Shown here piece after piece: positions 13,312 through 26,353 of a DNA stretch of 64,000 nt. The stretch is from positions 110,670,001-110,734,000 of the forward strand of contig NC_042997.1 in the NCBI RefSeq assembly GCF_006345805.1, in the 5' to 3' direction. This DNA comes from Octopus sinensis. Its lineage: Eukaryota. Below the pieces are notes generated by a model. That model was not told the DNA's origin. It did no database searches and was given only the letters and a program-made list of their open reading frames with translations. Made by a program: the position numbers and the translations under genes. Positions within the stretch are counted from its first letter, which is position 1. Every line of letters begins with the position of its first letter.

Positions 13312-13711
13312 TTGACGGATATTTGTCCTCATCTTGTTTGTTGTTAACACAATGTTTCGGCTGATATGCCCTCCAGCCTTCATCAGGTGTCTCGGGGAAA
13401 TTTTGAACCTGAGTTCTCATTCCTAAGGTATTTTTCAATGTTGTTGTTGTTATCATCATTATTATTATTCAGGTCACTGCCTGGAATCGAACTCAGAATC
13501 TTGAGGTTAGTAACCTGCGCTCTTAACCACTACACCATATGCCCATAGGCATAATAATAATAATATCAAAAAATACCTTAGGAATGAGAACCCAGGTTCG
13601 AAATTTCCTCAAGAAGGCTGAAACGTTGTGTTAGCAACAAACAAGATGAGGACAAATATCCATCAAATGTAAATAATGTACATAATTCCTCATCTCTTAA
13701 ACATAGAACTG
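13312..13711 (-). mobile_element. tRNA-headed hammerhead element, locus III (main copy 13312-13550 -, inverted partial 13551-13711 +)
   Basis: Hammerhead at 13346-13391 (-) has intact stems I and II and core. The inverted copy has an internal deletion but keeps GAAACGTTGTGTT at 13620-13632. Confidence 0.78.
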
Positions 13712-16700
13712 TACCAACAAAGGTGTCGCTTCCTATGAACAGAACAGGGTGGCAGAGGCACAAAGGAAATGCTAATTGCATCAGTTCAGAGCCAACTCAT
13801 CACCTTCAGTCCTGGCAGGCCATCAGTGCCTGACCCGCATCATAACCTTCCAGGCATGCATCAGACTGCTTGGTCACAGCTGGACACATCGTGCCCCATC
13901 TTCTCCCATGTGTTGTCCTTTGTCATCATTCACAACAGCAAATGAACTGATACTGGATGGGAAGAAAGTCCCCTCTGCTTATTAGAACCAATAACACTAA
14001 TAACCAGTTGTTAGTACTCAATAGATTTATGCTTTAGAGGTGTTTGTTGGGTGTAATATTAATTAATTAATAAGAGACCAGGAATCCTGTAATCAATACA
14101 ATTAGCTCAGAGCTGTTTCTACTATAAAAAGCAGCGCACTTGCGTTTCAGTTTCTGTCTGCCAAATTCACTCCCAAAACTTTGGTTAGCCTGAGGCTATA
14201 GTAGAACTTGCCCAATGTAGCGTACGGTGAGGACAAAATCCGAGTCCCCAAGGTTGGGAAGGAAGCTTTTTAATGACACAGCTATTCTTGGAAAGGAATT
14301 CTTTGTTTCCATCAAACACAATGGATTATATTTCTGAAAGACCTTCGTGCTACCATATTGAATTTCAACATTCTAAACAAAGTTGAATTATTGATTTTTC
14401 TCATCTCTTTGTTGTTGTTGTTGTGGTGGTGGTGGTCAGTTTTTGGTCAGGAGATGGGGAAGAGAGGTATGAGAAGAAGCAAGGTCAGAGAAGATGAGAA
14501 GGAAGGGATTTGCAATCATTTTAAACACAGTATATTACTGGTATAATTTTGATATCTGACAAATGAGTTGGTAGATTTAAATTTGTGACCAGGAATAAAA
14601 TAATAATTAGGAACGATGCCAGAGAGAGCTTTTTATTATTTTTCCAAACTTTTTTGTGCTTTATCTTTCTTTCTTTCTCTCTCTCTTAGTCTGTTGCATT
14701 CAGTTTTCTACAATACGAACACAAACCATTTTCTCTGAAGAGACACCAATTATGAATTCTCTTAGACAGTCCAAAAGAGAAGAAAATGTGGGCGGAGGGA
14801 AGTACATTGCCTTTATTTAAGGATTTCAATTTAATCTACATGAAAGAAACAATTTTTGTTTTGTATTTTCTAATTTCTTAATCATTAAAGTAAAAAAGAG
14901 ATTTTGTCTTCATAGAAATTGAGGTTTTCTTTTTTCTTTTTTGTCTTAAATTTTTTTTTCTCCAGAAGTTATACAAAAATGTGTGTGCGTCTGAACCAGT
15001 CAAAGATGTATTTATTCTTAATTAGTAAAACCTGGACATAAAATTAACTGCAACAATCCCTCAACTGCCATAGAAAAGCACTTACATTTTTATTTATTTA
15101 TTTATTTTCTTTTTGTTACTCTAAAGAACATTCCTGAACAATCTGAGGTTACATTAAATTGATTTTGATGTAGAGAGGGTTGGAATATCTGGATTTTTGT
15201 ACTATTTCAATGACTTCTGTTAACGGAAACACTGTAGCAGGAATATTTAGTAATTAAACCTGCATCACTATATCTGATGTCAAAAGCATAAATACAATCA
15301 CAATTTCTTAAAATCTTACCATCATCAAAAAATTTGACCATTCAGGAGTGTGTGTAAAACTGGATCTAGCAACAATTTTATCTTTGGTACAATATATTCA
15401 AAGAGCATTTTAGTCACTACCGACAGACAGCTGGTGGCAGACATCAAGCTGAATATAGAAGATGGCAGTCAGCTGACATTAGAAGAATCAGCAGCTGGCC
15501 AAAGCGCTGTCACAGCACGAAAACAATGGACAGACAGTGGCAGCAGCACACAATAATTGGCTAACATGAAGAAACTCGTGGCAGTGACTGCGATTACACT
15601 GATTCCAAGAGCAGTAACCTTTGAAGTGTCTCGGTATTATTCATTTCTATTCTGTTACTTGTTTCAGTCAGTTTGACTGGCCATGCTGGAGCACTGCCTT
15701 TTGTTGAACGAATCGCTCCCAGGACTTATTCTTTGTAAGCCTAGCACTTATTCTATCTGGCTCTTTTGCCGAACCACTGAGTTACAGATGTAAACACACC
15801 AATGCTGGTTGTCATAACAATTTTTTGTTTATGATATTTTTATATCAAAAATCCCAAACTGATCTGTTTTTTTTTTATCTTAGCAACACTAACCAATGTT
15901 AAATTCACCGCAGTATATCACAGGTACCCATTGACTCCTGAAAGATAACAACTAGCTGATCTCAGCAAAGTTTGAAACCTAACTGGGTTATGCACCATCT
16001 AGGAAGGGCATCCAGCTGTAGGAACCTTTCCAGATCAGATTGGAGCTTGGAGCAGCCTCCTACCTTGCCAGTCCTCAGTCGAACTGTCCAGCCCATGCCA
16101 GCACAGAAAGTGGACATTAAACTGATGATGATGAAATTGAAAGAAATTCAGTGTATGTGTGTGTGTTTGTCTCCCTTGTCATGAGGTCATGTGATAGTTG
16201 TAAACGAGAATCTGTCATACAAGCAGTGTCGTTCATTTCCAATCTTCTCCAAAAAACATGTCTAGCCATGGAGGGAAATATTACTTTGCTTGGAAACAGG
16301 TGAGGGTAGGTGACAGGAAGGGCACCCAGCTGTATAAAATCTGTCTCAATGAACTCCATCTGATCCATGCAAGCAATGTTTCATGATAGAAAGGTATACC
16401 TGGGTAATACCCCCACCCTACCCCAGTAATCTTTTAATTAGTACTAGTGCATGCATATACAGCTGCGTGCGTGCATGCACACATACATGCGAGTACTGTC
16501 CAAATCTCTGACCAGTCACATACAGCTAGCTGGCATTCAATTGGCGTATCAAATTTCGGGCATTTTGATTGGATTTTAGATAGAAAATTCACAAAAAGTC
16601 ACTTCTATTGATTGTTTAATGGCTTTGCGGGGTGACTGGGGAAATGTAAAGATGTGCACAACCACCCTTGGACGGTTTTGAATGGCCATAGAAAGTGCAA

Positions 16701-19700
16701 GCCCTCTAACTGGAAAATTGTGGATTTGTATAAAGGGTACACACACAGACAGACATTTTGCCGTTTATATATATAGAGAATAAAGACATGTATTGCCTGC
16801 TGGACATAATAAGCCAATGCCTTGACGTCTGTAGCTGAGAATAGACTTAGCAGATGTGAAGTCTTGGCAGGTTGCTGTTGTCATATATCCTCGTGTCTAC
16901 CTTGTTTAGGCAAGACCTAGGATCAAAAGTAGTTCTGCCATGACCATCCCTGTAAATTTTACATATATACAACTTCATTATTCATTGTGTTCTTCTTGCC
17001 CTAAGATGGTAGGGTGTGATTTGAAAGAAATTTAGCTGCTACATCTAACAGCAGATGCAACCATATAGGCGCTCCTACATTTGGCCCCTAAAACGGGTCC
17101 AAGTCAATTCGGGAGCAATGCACCCAGCAGCAGTTGCAGTAAGGCTGTAGAACTGACAAGTATGCAAAAGCATCCACATGCCCATTCCTCTGGAAATGTC
17201 CATGCACCCCCCACCCAATGACACCCATGTGCCCTCCCCCTTAATGGTGCAGTGACCTTAGAGTTCTGTACTCTATCCATATCACAATTCTTCCAGTAAT
17301 CCATGCAACTTGCAGATTTTTTTCTTGTTTTAGTCATCGGACTGTGACCATGCTGGGGCACCACCTTGAATTTTGAACCAAATGGATTCTCCCCCACCCA
17401 ACTAATTATTTTTTTTGTTTTAAGCCTGGTACAAATTCTGTTGGTCTCTTTTGTTCAACATAAACAAACCAACACCAGTTGTCAAGCTGTGGTGTGGGAC
17501 AAACAGGCATAAACACTCTCTCTCTCTCACACAAATAAATATGTGTGTGTGTGTGTGTGATCATCATCATCTGGCATGGGTTGGACAGTTTGATTGGAAC
17601 TTGTAAGCCACAGAGCTGCACCAGGTTTCAGTCTGATTTCTACAGTTGGTTTCTACAGCTAGATGCCCTTACTAACACCAACCACTCCAGAAGTGTAATG
17701 GGTGCTTTATTGTGCCAGTTGCATGACCCCTTCCATGACTGTGATTCCACTTGGCTTGATGGGTCTTCTTCTCACACATGGCATATCACCAAAGGTCACG
17801 GTTATTTGTCATTGTTCCCACGAGGCCTGACGCTCAAAAGTTACTTTTTCCATGCCACTGGCACAGGTGCCAGTTATGTGGCACTGGCTTCAGCCACATT
17901 TCCTCTGTGATACCCAACTCTTGAAAGGTGCCTTATATGTGCCACCAGCACAGGTGCCAGTTTTGCGCCACCAGCATCAGCCACATTGCCTCCATAAGGC
18001 CCAATGCTTGACAGGTACTTCTTATGTGCCACCAGCATTGAGCCTCTGTGAGCCCAATGCTCAAAAGGTGCTTTCTACATGCCACTGGTATGGGTGCCAG
18101 TTATGTAACACTGGCATTGTCCACGACTCTGAATTTCTCTTAGCTAGACGGGTCTTCTTGAGTGACATTGCCAAAGGTCTCGGTCACCAGTCGTTGCCTC
18201 TGTGATGCCCAACGTTTGAAGATCATGTTTCACCACCTCATACCATGTCTTCCTGGGTCTACCGCTTCCACAGGTTCCCTCCATGGTTAGAGATTGGCAC
18301 TTCTTTATACACTCACACACACACACACAAGATGGGCTTCTTTCATTTTTCATCACCCAAATCCACTCAGGTAGCTTTGGTTGACTTGAAGCTATAGTAG
18401 AAGACACTTGCCTAAGGTGCCATGCAGTGGGACTGAACTCAGAACCATGTGGTTGGGAAGCAACCACACTTGTGTAGAACTGATTTATGGTATCATGTAA
18501 CTACTTTGGTCACTGCACCGGTGCTAGTGCCATGTAAAATGCACCCAATACACTCTGTAAAGTGGTTGGAATAAGAAGGACCCCCAGCTGTAGAAACCCT
18601 GCCAAAGCAGACAAATGGCACTTGGTGCAGTTCTCTGGCTCATCCAGTTCCTATTGAACCATCCAACCCGTTCCAACGTGGAATACAGATGTTAAATGAT
18701 GGTGATGATGATGCTGACACAAACCATAACTTCTTCATTGTGTGAACCTTTTGAATAGATCTTAGCTGGGCCCCTAATCCCCAAGAAACTCAAATGAAAC
18801 AACAAAACTTTGAAGACTGAATATATTTTCCTTTATCATTAGGTGCAGGCGGGGTAGCTGTGTGGTAAGAAGCTTGCTTACCAACTGCAACTGTATGGTT
18901 CCGGGTTCAGTCCCACTGTGTGGCACATTGGGCAAATGTCTTCTATTATAGCTCCAGGACAACCAAACCCTTGTGGGTAGATTGGGTTGATGGAAACTGA
19001 AAGAAGCCCATGTGTGAGTGTGTGTGTGTAATATATATATATATATATTCATATATATATAAGAACACTATGTAAGTGTGTGTCTGTTTGTCTCCCAACC
19101 AATGTTGTGCTTGCATCCACATAACATAGCAGTTCAACAAAAAGAGAATGAGAGAATAAGTCCAAGGTTTAAAAAAATAAGTTCTAGGGTTAATCCATTC
19201 AACTAAAATCCTTAAACTCCCTCAAGGCAGTGCTCCAGCATGGCCACAGTCTAATGAATGAAAACAAGTAAAAGATAAAAGATTAGTTACTAAATTAGTA
19301 AACTTGCTCATCAACCAATCAAACAAACATACCAGAAAACAGCAGTGGAACCTAATTTTTCAGATGTTGGATAGAGGGGGTTGGTGGATGGGTGGGTAGG
19401 TTGATAAACAATGTCAATGATCTTATAAATATTGCATGCGTACTTGTATGGATGGGTGAGTTTATTGATATTTACATATAAATGATAAAAAAAAGAAAAA
19501 AAAGCCAACTGTCACCAGTTAAAGACAGCCGTTCTTTAAAACCGATATTTCCACCTCGAAATTGGAGTTAAACCTATTTTCTGTTTGATTGCCTGCAAAG
19601 AGAAAGTTCCATTAATACCGTTTTAATTCCTTGCTGTGCAATCGACAGAATCTTGCCAGAACAGCATCACCACTGTGCTTTATAACAAACAGTGTCTCTT

Positions 19701-20804
19701 ATTGATACGACAACTCAGATGTTACTCGAACCACCTTGTTTAACACTGGCACATTTCACATTTGACTCAACGGATTGGAAATTGGAGAGAAAAACACAAA
19801 CACCAGAAAATAGAATTGTTCGGTTGATTGTTTTTGTAGATTTTATTCTCTAAAAGAATGGATTTCATCACCACCCCGTTCCTTACATTTCTTCTGTGTC
19901 TTGCTAAAATGTTTATATTGCTGGAATAAGAATTGCAATCGGTCTTTCTGTCTGAGTTGTTTTATCCTTTCATTAGTTTCAAGGCAGAGAACTGGCAGAA
20001 ACGTTAGCACGCCAGGCGAAATGCTTAACGGTATTTCGTCTGCTGCTACATTCTGAGTTCAAATTCCGCCGAGGTTGACTTTGCCTTTCGTCCTTTCGGG
20101 GTCGATTAAATAAGTACCAGTTACGCACTGGGGTCAATATAATCGACTCAATCCATTTGTCTGTCCTTGTTTGTCCCCACTGTGTTTAGCTCCCCCCCCC
20201 CCCTTTGTGAGTAGTAAAGAAATAGGTATTTCATTTGCCGTTACGTTCTGATTTCAAATTCCGCCGAGGCCGACTTTGCCTTTCATCCTTTCGGGGATGA
20301 TAAATTAAATACCAGTTGCATACTAGGGTCGGTCTAATTGACTGGCATCTTCCCCCAAAATTTTGGGCCTTGTGCCTAGTGTAGAAAAGATTCTTTCATT
20401 TGTTTCTGTCCTCAAACTGTGGCCATGCTGGGGCACCACCTTGAATATTTAGTCAAGTGAATTGACCCCAGTAGTTATTCTTTTTTAAAGTCTGGTACTT
20501 ATTCTGTGAGTCTCTTTTGCTGAACTGCTAGGTTATGGGGACACAGACATGCCAACACTGGTTGTCAAGTGATGCTGGACACACACACACATGATGGGCT
20601 TCCTTTTTAGTCTCCATCTGCCAAATCCACTCACAAAGTTTTGGGTAACCCTAGACTATTGTAGAAGCCACTTGCCTAAAGTGCCACACAGTGGGACTGA
20701 ATCCAGAACCATTGAGTGGGGAGCAAGCTTCTTACCACACAACCATGCCTGCACCCGTTATCTAAATAAAGTTTAGAACAAATGTCAAAATCAAATTTGA
20801 CAAC

Positions 20805-21340
20805 TGGCATCTGTGCTAGCGGAGTGCAAAGAGCACCATATGAGGGTGATCGTTGACAGAGTGGCTAACTGGCTTCCATGTCAGTGGCACATAAAAGGGC
20901 AACATTCGAGTGTGATCGTTACCAGTGTCGCCTTACTGGAACTTGTGCCCGTGCTAGTAGGGTGCCAAGAGCACCATCCGAGCGTGATCGTTGCCAGAGC
21001 AGCCAACTGGCTTCCATGCCGGTGGCACATAAAAGGGCACCATTTGAGCGTGATTGTTACCAATGTCGTCTTATTGGCACCTGTGCCAGTGACATGCGTA
21101 AAAAGATTCGAACAAGGTCGTTGCCAGTACCGTCTGACTGGCCCTGTGCCGGTGGCACATAAAAAGCATCCACTACACTCTCGGTGTGGTTGGCATTAGG
21201 AAGGGCATCCAGCTGTAGAAACTCTACCAGATCAAGATTGGAGCCTGGTGCCGCCATCTGGTTCGCCAGCCCTCAGTCAAAATCATCCAACCCATGCTAG
21301 CATGGAAAGTGGACGTTAAGCAATGATGACGATGATGATG
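20805..21340 (+). repeat. RTE LINE 3' UTR fragment with tandem GTGCC-NNN-GGCAC modules and (GAT)n tail (example of >20 copies)
   Basis: Same sequence as 61369-61800. Copies at ~1405-1690, 2290-2510, 3965-4310, 6500-6672, 7905-8100, 10945-11670(-), 17570-18290(-), 18510-18715, 22320-22595, 30865-31265, 31635-32030, 50640-51125(-), 54865-55120, 58105-58425 and others. Confidence 0.8.
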
Positions 21341-21538
21341 TCATTTTGAAGTTTTACAAGTGTGTGTGTGTGTGTGTGCACGCACATGCGCATATGTGTG
21401 TGTCCCTTTATCAATGCTTTTCTTTGTATAAAGCTAACTCCATAATAAAAGAATGTCAACTGAACATTGCTAGTTTTTCCAAGTTATGATTGATACATTT
21501 CTCTCCATCATCCTCACCACCACAGCCACACCCCCATT

Positions 21539-21815
21539 CAGTGGGTGGACTTAGTCTAAAAATATTGGTTGCCAGGAAACTAAGGGGGCCTACCCGCAAC
21601 TACAATGCTATCATTTAATGCTTTTTTTTTTGTTAAAAGTATTCTTTTCAACTGTCTACAAACACAGCCAGGTTGAAATAATTGGTGCATTCTTCCTGGA
21701 GTGAATAAAAAATTCTCAAACTCAAGGGGATAGGTCCCTTAGATACTCACATAGACCTGCTTATATGGATTCTAATGGCGCAGGGGCCCACTTGCCATCG
21801 GGCAACCTGCCACTA
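21539..21815. mobile_element. hAT-type MITE (277 bp)
   Basis: CAGTGG.. TIR-like ends and a perfect 8-bp TSD CCCCCATT (21531-21538, 21816-21823). The body is the reverse complement of 41660-41942. Confidence 0.8.
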
Positions 21816-23277
21816 CCCCCATTGTATCCAAAGTGAATTGGGTGGAATACCGTGTTGCCTTGCTGTCAGCAGAAAGCTGTTTTGGGATTATAGATGAATT
21901 CTTCACAAAGCCAATATTACATTTATTTTAATTTCATATATTCTCTCAAATAATTAATTTCATTATTTCTTAATTATATAATTAAGTCTCCAGTAATTAT
22001 GGGAATTCTTGTCAACCTAATAATAAATCTTTCGTTTGTTGTTGGTTTGAGTAACATCAAAACAAAACGGCCTGATTTGTTTGTTTTTTTTTAGACGAGA
22101 ACACAATCAGTCTATTGTTAATGATGGTAAAATATATTACTTCCCATGTTGGAAACACTTCAGAGTTTTATTATGAAACAACGAGTATTAGATCAGCCCA
22201 TCCAAAGTGCCTTGGATTGTAGGACAGCCTGCTGTGCTTACCTTGAATCGTAGGGCGACCTTCTGTGCTTGAGGAGATCTATTGAGTCAAGTACATCAAC
22301 ATCAAAAAATCAAATGGAAATTGTAGTTGTGATACCTGTGCCGGTGGCACGTAAAAAGCACCATCCAAACATGGCCGATGCCAGTGCCGCCTTAACTGGC
22401 TTTCATGCTGGTGGCATGTAAAATGCACCCACTACACTCACGGAGTGGTTGGCGGTAAGAAGGGCATCCAGCTGTAGAAACTCTACCAGATCAGAATGGG
22501 GCTTGGTGCAGCCTCGTGGCTTCCCAGACTCATCGAACCGTCCAACCCATGCTAGCACGGAAAACGGATGTTAAACGATGATGATGATGATGATGAATGA
22601 GTATATTGCAGTGGAGCTAGAAACAGCAGCCAAATCTCCTTCACATAAAATTCTATCATCTCAAAGCAAAACCATTGTTGGATAATGTTAACCTAGATCA
22701 TGGTATCAACCAAACTAGTGGATGTTATACATCACTTGTTACAATATGCTTTACATTATTTTAGCTTTCAAATGAGGCTACCCCACTAACTAGGCATTCC
22801 CCCTGATCGGAAGGGTATTCCGTCACATGGTGACCCATTTACAGCTGAGTGGACTGGAGCAATGTGAAATGAAGGGTTTTTTTTTCCCCAATGTGTCACC
22901 CAGTTCAGGAATTGAACCCATGATCTAGCAATCACGAGTGAAACACCCCCTAACTATAAGACCACACACCTTGATGTTATCCTAATTACACTTTTGAAGA
23001 AAAAAGGTGTGATTGCTACAGTTGGAATGACTTTAATTATCGGTTGGTTTGATTAATACTGAGTTGGGGCTAATTAAGAGGAATATGGTGCAAAGCTAGG
23101 AAAATGTGGTGATGGCATCAATTATTGAAATATTTATAAATCTATAGACACATCAAAACCATAATAGTAAAAACAGGAATCAGTGGACATTTGGTTAGGC
23201 TCTGAATGATACACAGTTAAGATTGATTCATGAGAGTGCTTCCAAAAATATCAGAATTTCCTCGTATTATTTGTATC

Positions 23278-23836
23278 ATTCTTATAGCTGGCTACACCGA
23301 GTTCCCTTGTATCATTCCTATAGCTGGCTACATGGAGTTCCCTTGTACCATTCCTATAGCTGGCTACACAGAGCTCCCTTGTACCATTCCTATAGCTGGC
23401 TACACAGAGCTCCCTTGTACCATTCCTATAGCTGGCTACACAGAGCTCCCTTGTACCATTCCTATAGCTGGCTACACAGAGCTCCCTTGCACCATTCCTA
23501 TAGCTGGCTACACAGAGCTCCCTTGCACCATTCCTATAGCTGGCTACACAGAGCTCCCTTGTACCATTCCTATAGCTGGCTACACAGAGCTCCCTTGCAC
23601 CATTCCTATAGCTGGCTACACGGAGCTCCCTTGCACCATTCCTATAGCTGGCTACACAGAGCTCCCTTGTACCATTCCTATAGCTGGCTACACGGAGCTC
23701 CCTTGCACCATTCCTATAGCTGGCTACACGGAGCTCCCTTGCACCATTCCTATAGCTGGCTACACGGAGCTCCCTTGCACCATTCCTATAGCTGGCTACA
23801 CAGAGCTCCCTTGCACCATTCCTATAGCTGGCTACA
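23278..23836. repeat. 36-bp minisatellite, 15.5 units (ATTCCTATAGCTGGCTACACAGAGCTCCCTTGYACC)
   Basis: Contiguous units with no spacers; the first two units are the most diverged. Confidence 0.95.
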
Positions 23837-25372
23837 ATTGACTTGTAGTTTATCAACAACGGATTAGCAGAACCATTAGTGCATTAGACAAAATCCCTGT
23901 GGCATTTAGAGGCCCTTATGTTCTAAGTTCAAATCCCGCTGTAAGTTAACTCTGTCCTTCATTTTTCCATAGGCTGATGAAACAAAGTACCAGTCAAATA
24001 CTGAGTCTGTTAATAATCCTGTGAAACATCCGAGATGTGAACGGAATTAGAAGAGAAGACTCCAGGGAAAATGGAAAGCAAAGTTATCCTCGGTGGGATT
24101 TGAACTTGGAGGACAAAGAATTAGGATTAAATACTGCAAAGAATATTCCTTTCTTAATCCAGAGATCAATTTGATCCTTTAATAAAAGGTCAATAAGTTC
24201 ATCTGTGACCTTTTGAATCATGGAAATTTTCCTTGTTAAATTTCATTCTGTGGCCATCCTTGTCTGTGAATCCTGCTTGTGAATATTTGATTACAATTTG
24301 TTACACTGTCATTTCTTATTAGAATCGGTTAATATTGTGGTTTTGAAATGAGATGTCAGGCAATTCTTCTAATGTTCAGAGATTTATGAATATTCATTGC
24401 CGTTCTTCAGATTTCAACTGTTGCCTGGCACTACCAGCCTGCAACAAGTCATTTCTGGTTTTGACATGTCTTCTATATTGAGAAGCCGTTGTCCTGAAGG
24501 AATTCTCATTGTCTAATTAGAAAGAATTTATCTGCAGAAGAAAACTCAATTTAGCACAGTGTTAATGTCTTTAATCACAATCACTTACGATGACACTTAT
24601 TTATTTTTATTTTTTTATTTTTGTTCTTGTAAAAGGAAAATATTCAATTTCTTGAAGAATTAGAAAATTATAAGTATTAAGCAAATGAAACAACTCTGAA
24701 AATGTGCATCACTACCATCATTTAACATCTACTTTTCTGTGCTTGCATGGATCAGATGGAATTCTGTGAGGCAGATTTTCTACAGTTGGATGCCCTTTCT
24801 GTCACCAACTCTTACCAGTTTCCAAGCAACAGAATATTTCATCCATGGTTGGATGAAATGACTATATTCATTTATTCAGCTGCAAAATATGACTCAAAAT
24901 ACAAAATATATATAAACAAAATATAAAAATATAAATAAACAAAATATGTATAAACAAAATACAAAAAACAAAATGTGACTCAAAATACAAAATCTGACTC
25001 AAAAGCTAAAAATTTTGTGCATGGCACTTCTCAGAGGTTCGAGTGCAATGCATGAGACTCACATCCATCGAGTCACTTGTGAATTTCATGGTTTACTGTT
25101 GGTTGAAGCTTTATCAAGCCTGAGAAAGTAGACCTTCACTGGCAGCAGTGGTGGCCATCATACATGAATGGCAATGAAATACTGTCATTTCTATACCTTC
25201 AGGTACACAAAAGGCGTTGTATGGGCAGGGATAGTTGAAATGATAGTTCCCTACATGGATGTGTCCTCTGTTGGGGTCCTGTACATTTGAAGCCATTGTC
25301 TTCATTGATCACCAAGGGACAAACATAACTTTAGTGATCTTCTTCTGTCTTATATATATATATATAATATAT

Positions 25373-25471
<99 letters not shown>

Positions 25472-25924
25472 CCACCTAGCAACATGTGGTCGGAAAATAT
25501 ATATAATATTTCCATTCTACAAATTACACAGCCCAAGTGAAATCGAGAGGAAAATCAGAGAAAAGAATTTTATTGATAAATTCGAACCCAAACTAAATAA
25601 GCAATAATAATAATAATACTTAGAGGTATTACTTCCACTGCTACGACCATGACCACTAACAACAACAACAATACTAAAGGTGATCAAGACGAAGATAGCA
25701 GGAAAATTATCTTATTTAGGGTTAAAAGTTCTATTGCCATAACCATCACCACTAGCAACAATAATTAAGGTGCTGACAATGATGATGATGACAATTGAAA
25801 TATAAAAATATAAAAATCTCTGACAAAGGATATTTACAACATTTCTAAAAATAACCCAACAATTGCTGCTTCGGCCAGGGTCAAGATACAGGACTTTTGA
25901 CATGTCCAACAAAGCGTGATGCCT

Positions 25925-26045
25925 AAACCAATCAGCTCAACCAACCAATCAGCTTAAGTAATTGAGTGATACTACACACTGATTGGTCAGAATACAGTTT
26001 GCAAAACCTAGCACTCTGGAGCCTACCCAGCTGTATTTATAGCAC
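25925..26045 (+). promoter_or_regulatory. Pol II promoter-like block in the pLTR (three ACCAATCAG boxes + TATA-like element); second copy at ~30197-30317
   Basis: CCAAT at 25928-25932 and 25945-25949, reverse CCAAT at 25982-25986 (all in ACCAATCAG context), TATTTATA at 26034-26041. The spacing fits a TSS near 26060-26070 (inference). Confidence 0.55.
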
Positions 26046-26104
26046 AGAATCAATCATCTTGCTACAGTCAAAAATTGTGAAGCATGACTGTCAACACTAC
26101 TACA

Positions 26105-26149
26105 TGAACCCGAAGATTGCAGAATTCAATGCATGAAAGTACTAGTTCA
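26105..26149 (+). ncRNA. Variant minimal type I hammerhead ribozyme in the 5' pLTR (predicted)
   Basis: Stem I TGAAC/GTTCA (5 bp perfect); core CCGAAGA (U4C); stem II TGCA/TGCA closed by a U.U mismatch; GAAA; palindromic AGTACT stem III; triplet CUA with predicted cut after 26144. Confidence 0.65.
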
Positions 26150-26353
26150 ATCAGAATGAATATTTAACATTCTACTATTTCATTTTATTTTATTCAATTA
26201 TAATATATTATCTTATAATATATCATTATAAGATTGTAAATAAAACGTGAAAATCAGACAAGGTTGGAATTCTTTTTATTAATATATTCTTCTATACACA
26301 ATCACACACACCCATATATATATATTCTATATTCCTATTGTGTATATGCCAAC

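Larger units (their letters stand above)
25469..26287 (+). repeat. 5' pseudo-LTR (819 bp) of the PLE
   Basis: Identical by eye to 29738-30559 except (AAT)5 vs (AAT)6 after the stop codon. The ORF track shows the same 66-aa ORF at 25712 and 29984 (offset 4272). Confidence 0.95.

Noticed and set aside
23278-23836. CRISPR array
   Set aside because: Contiguous 36-bp units with no unique spacers, no cas genes, eukaryotic context.
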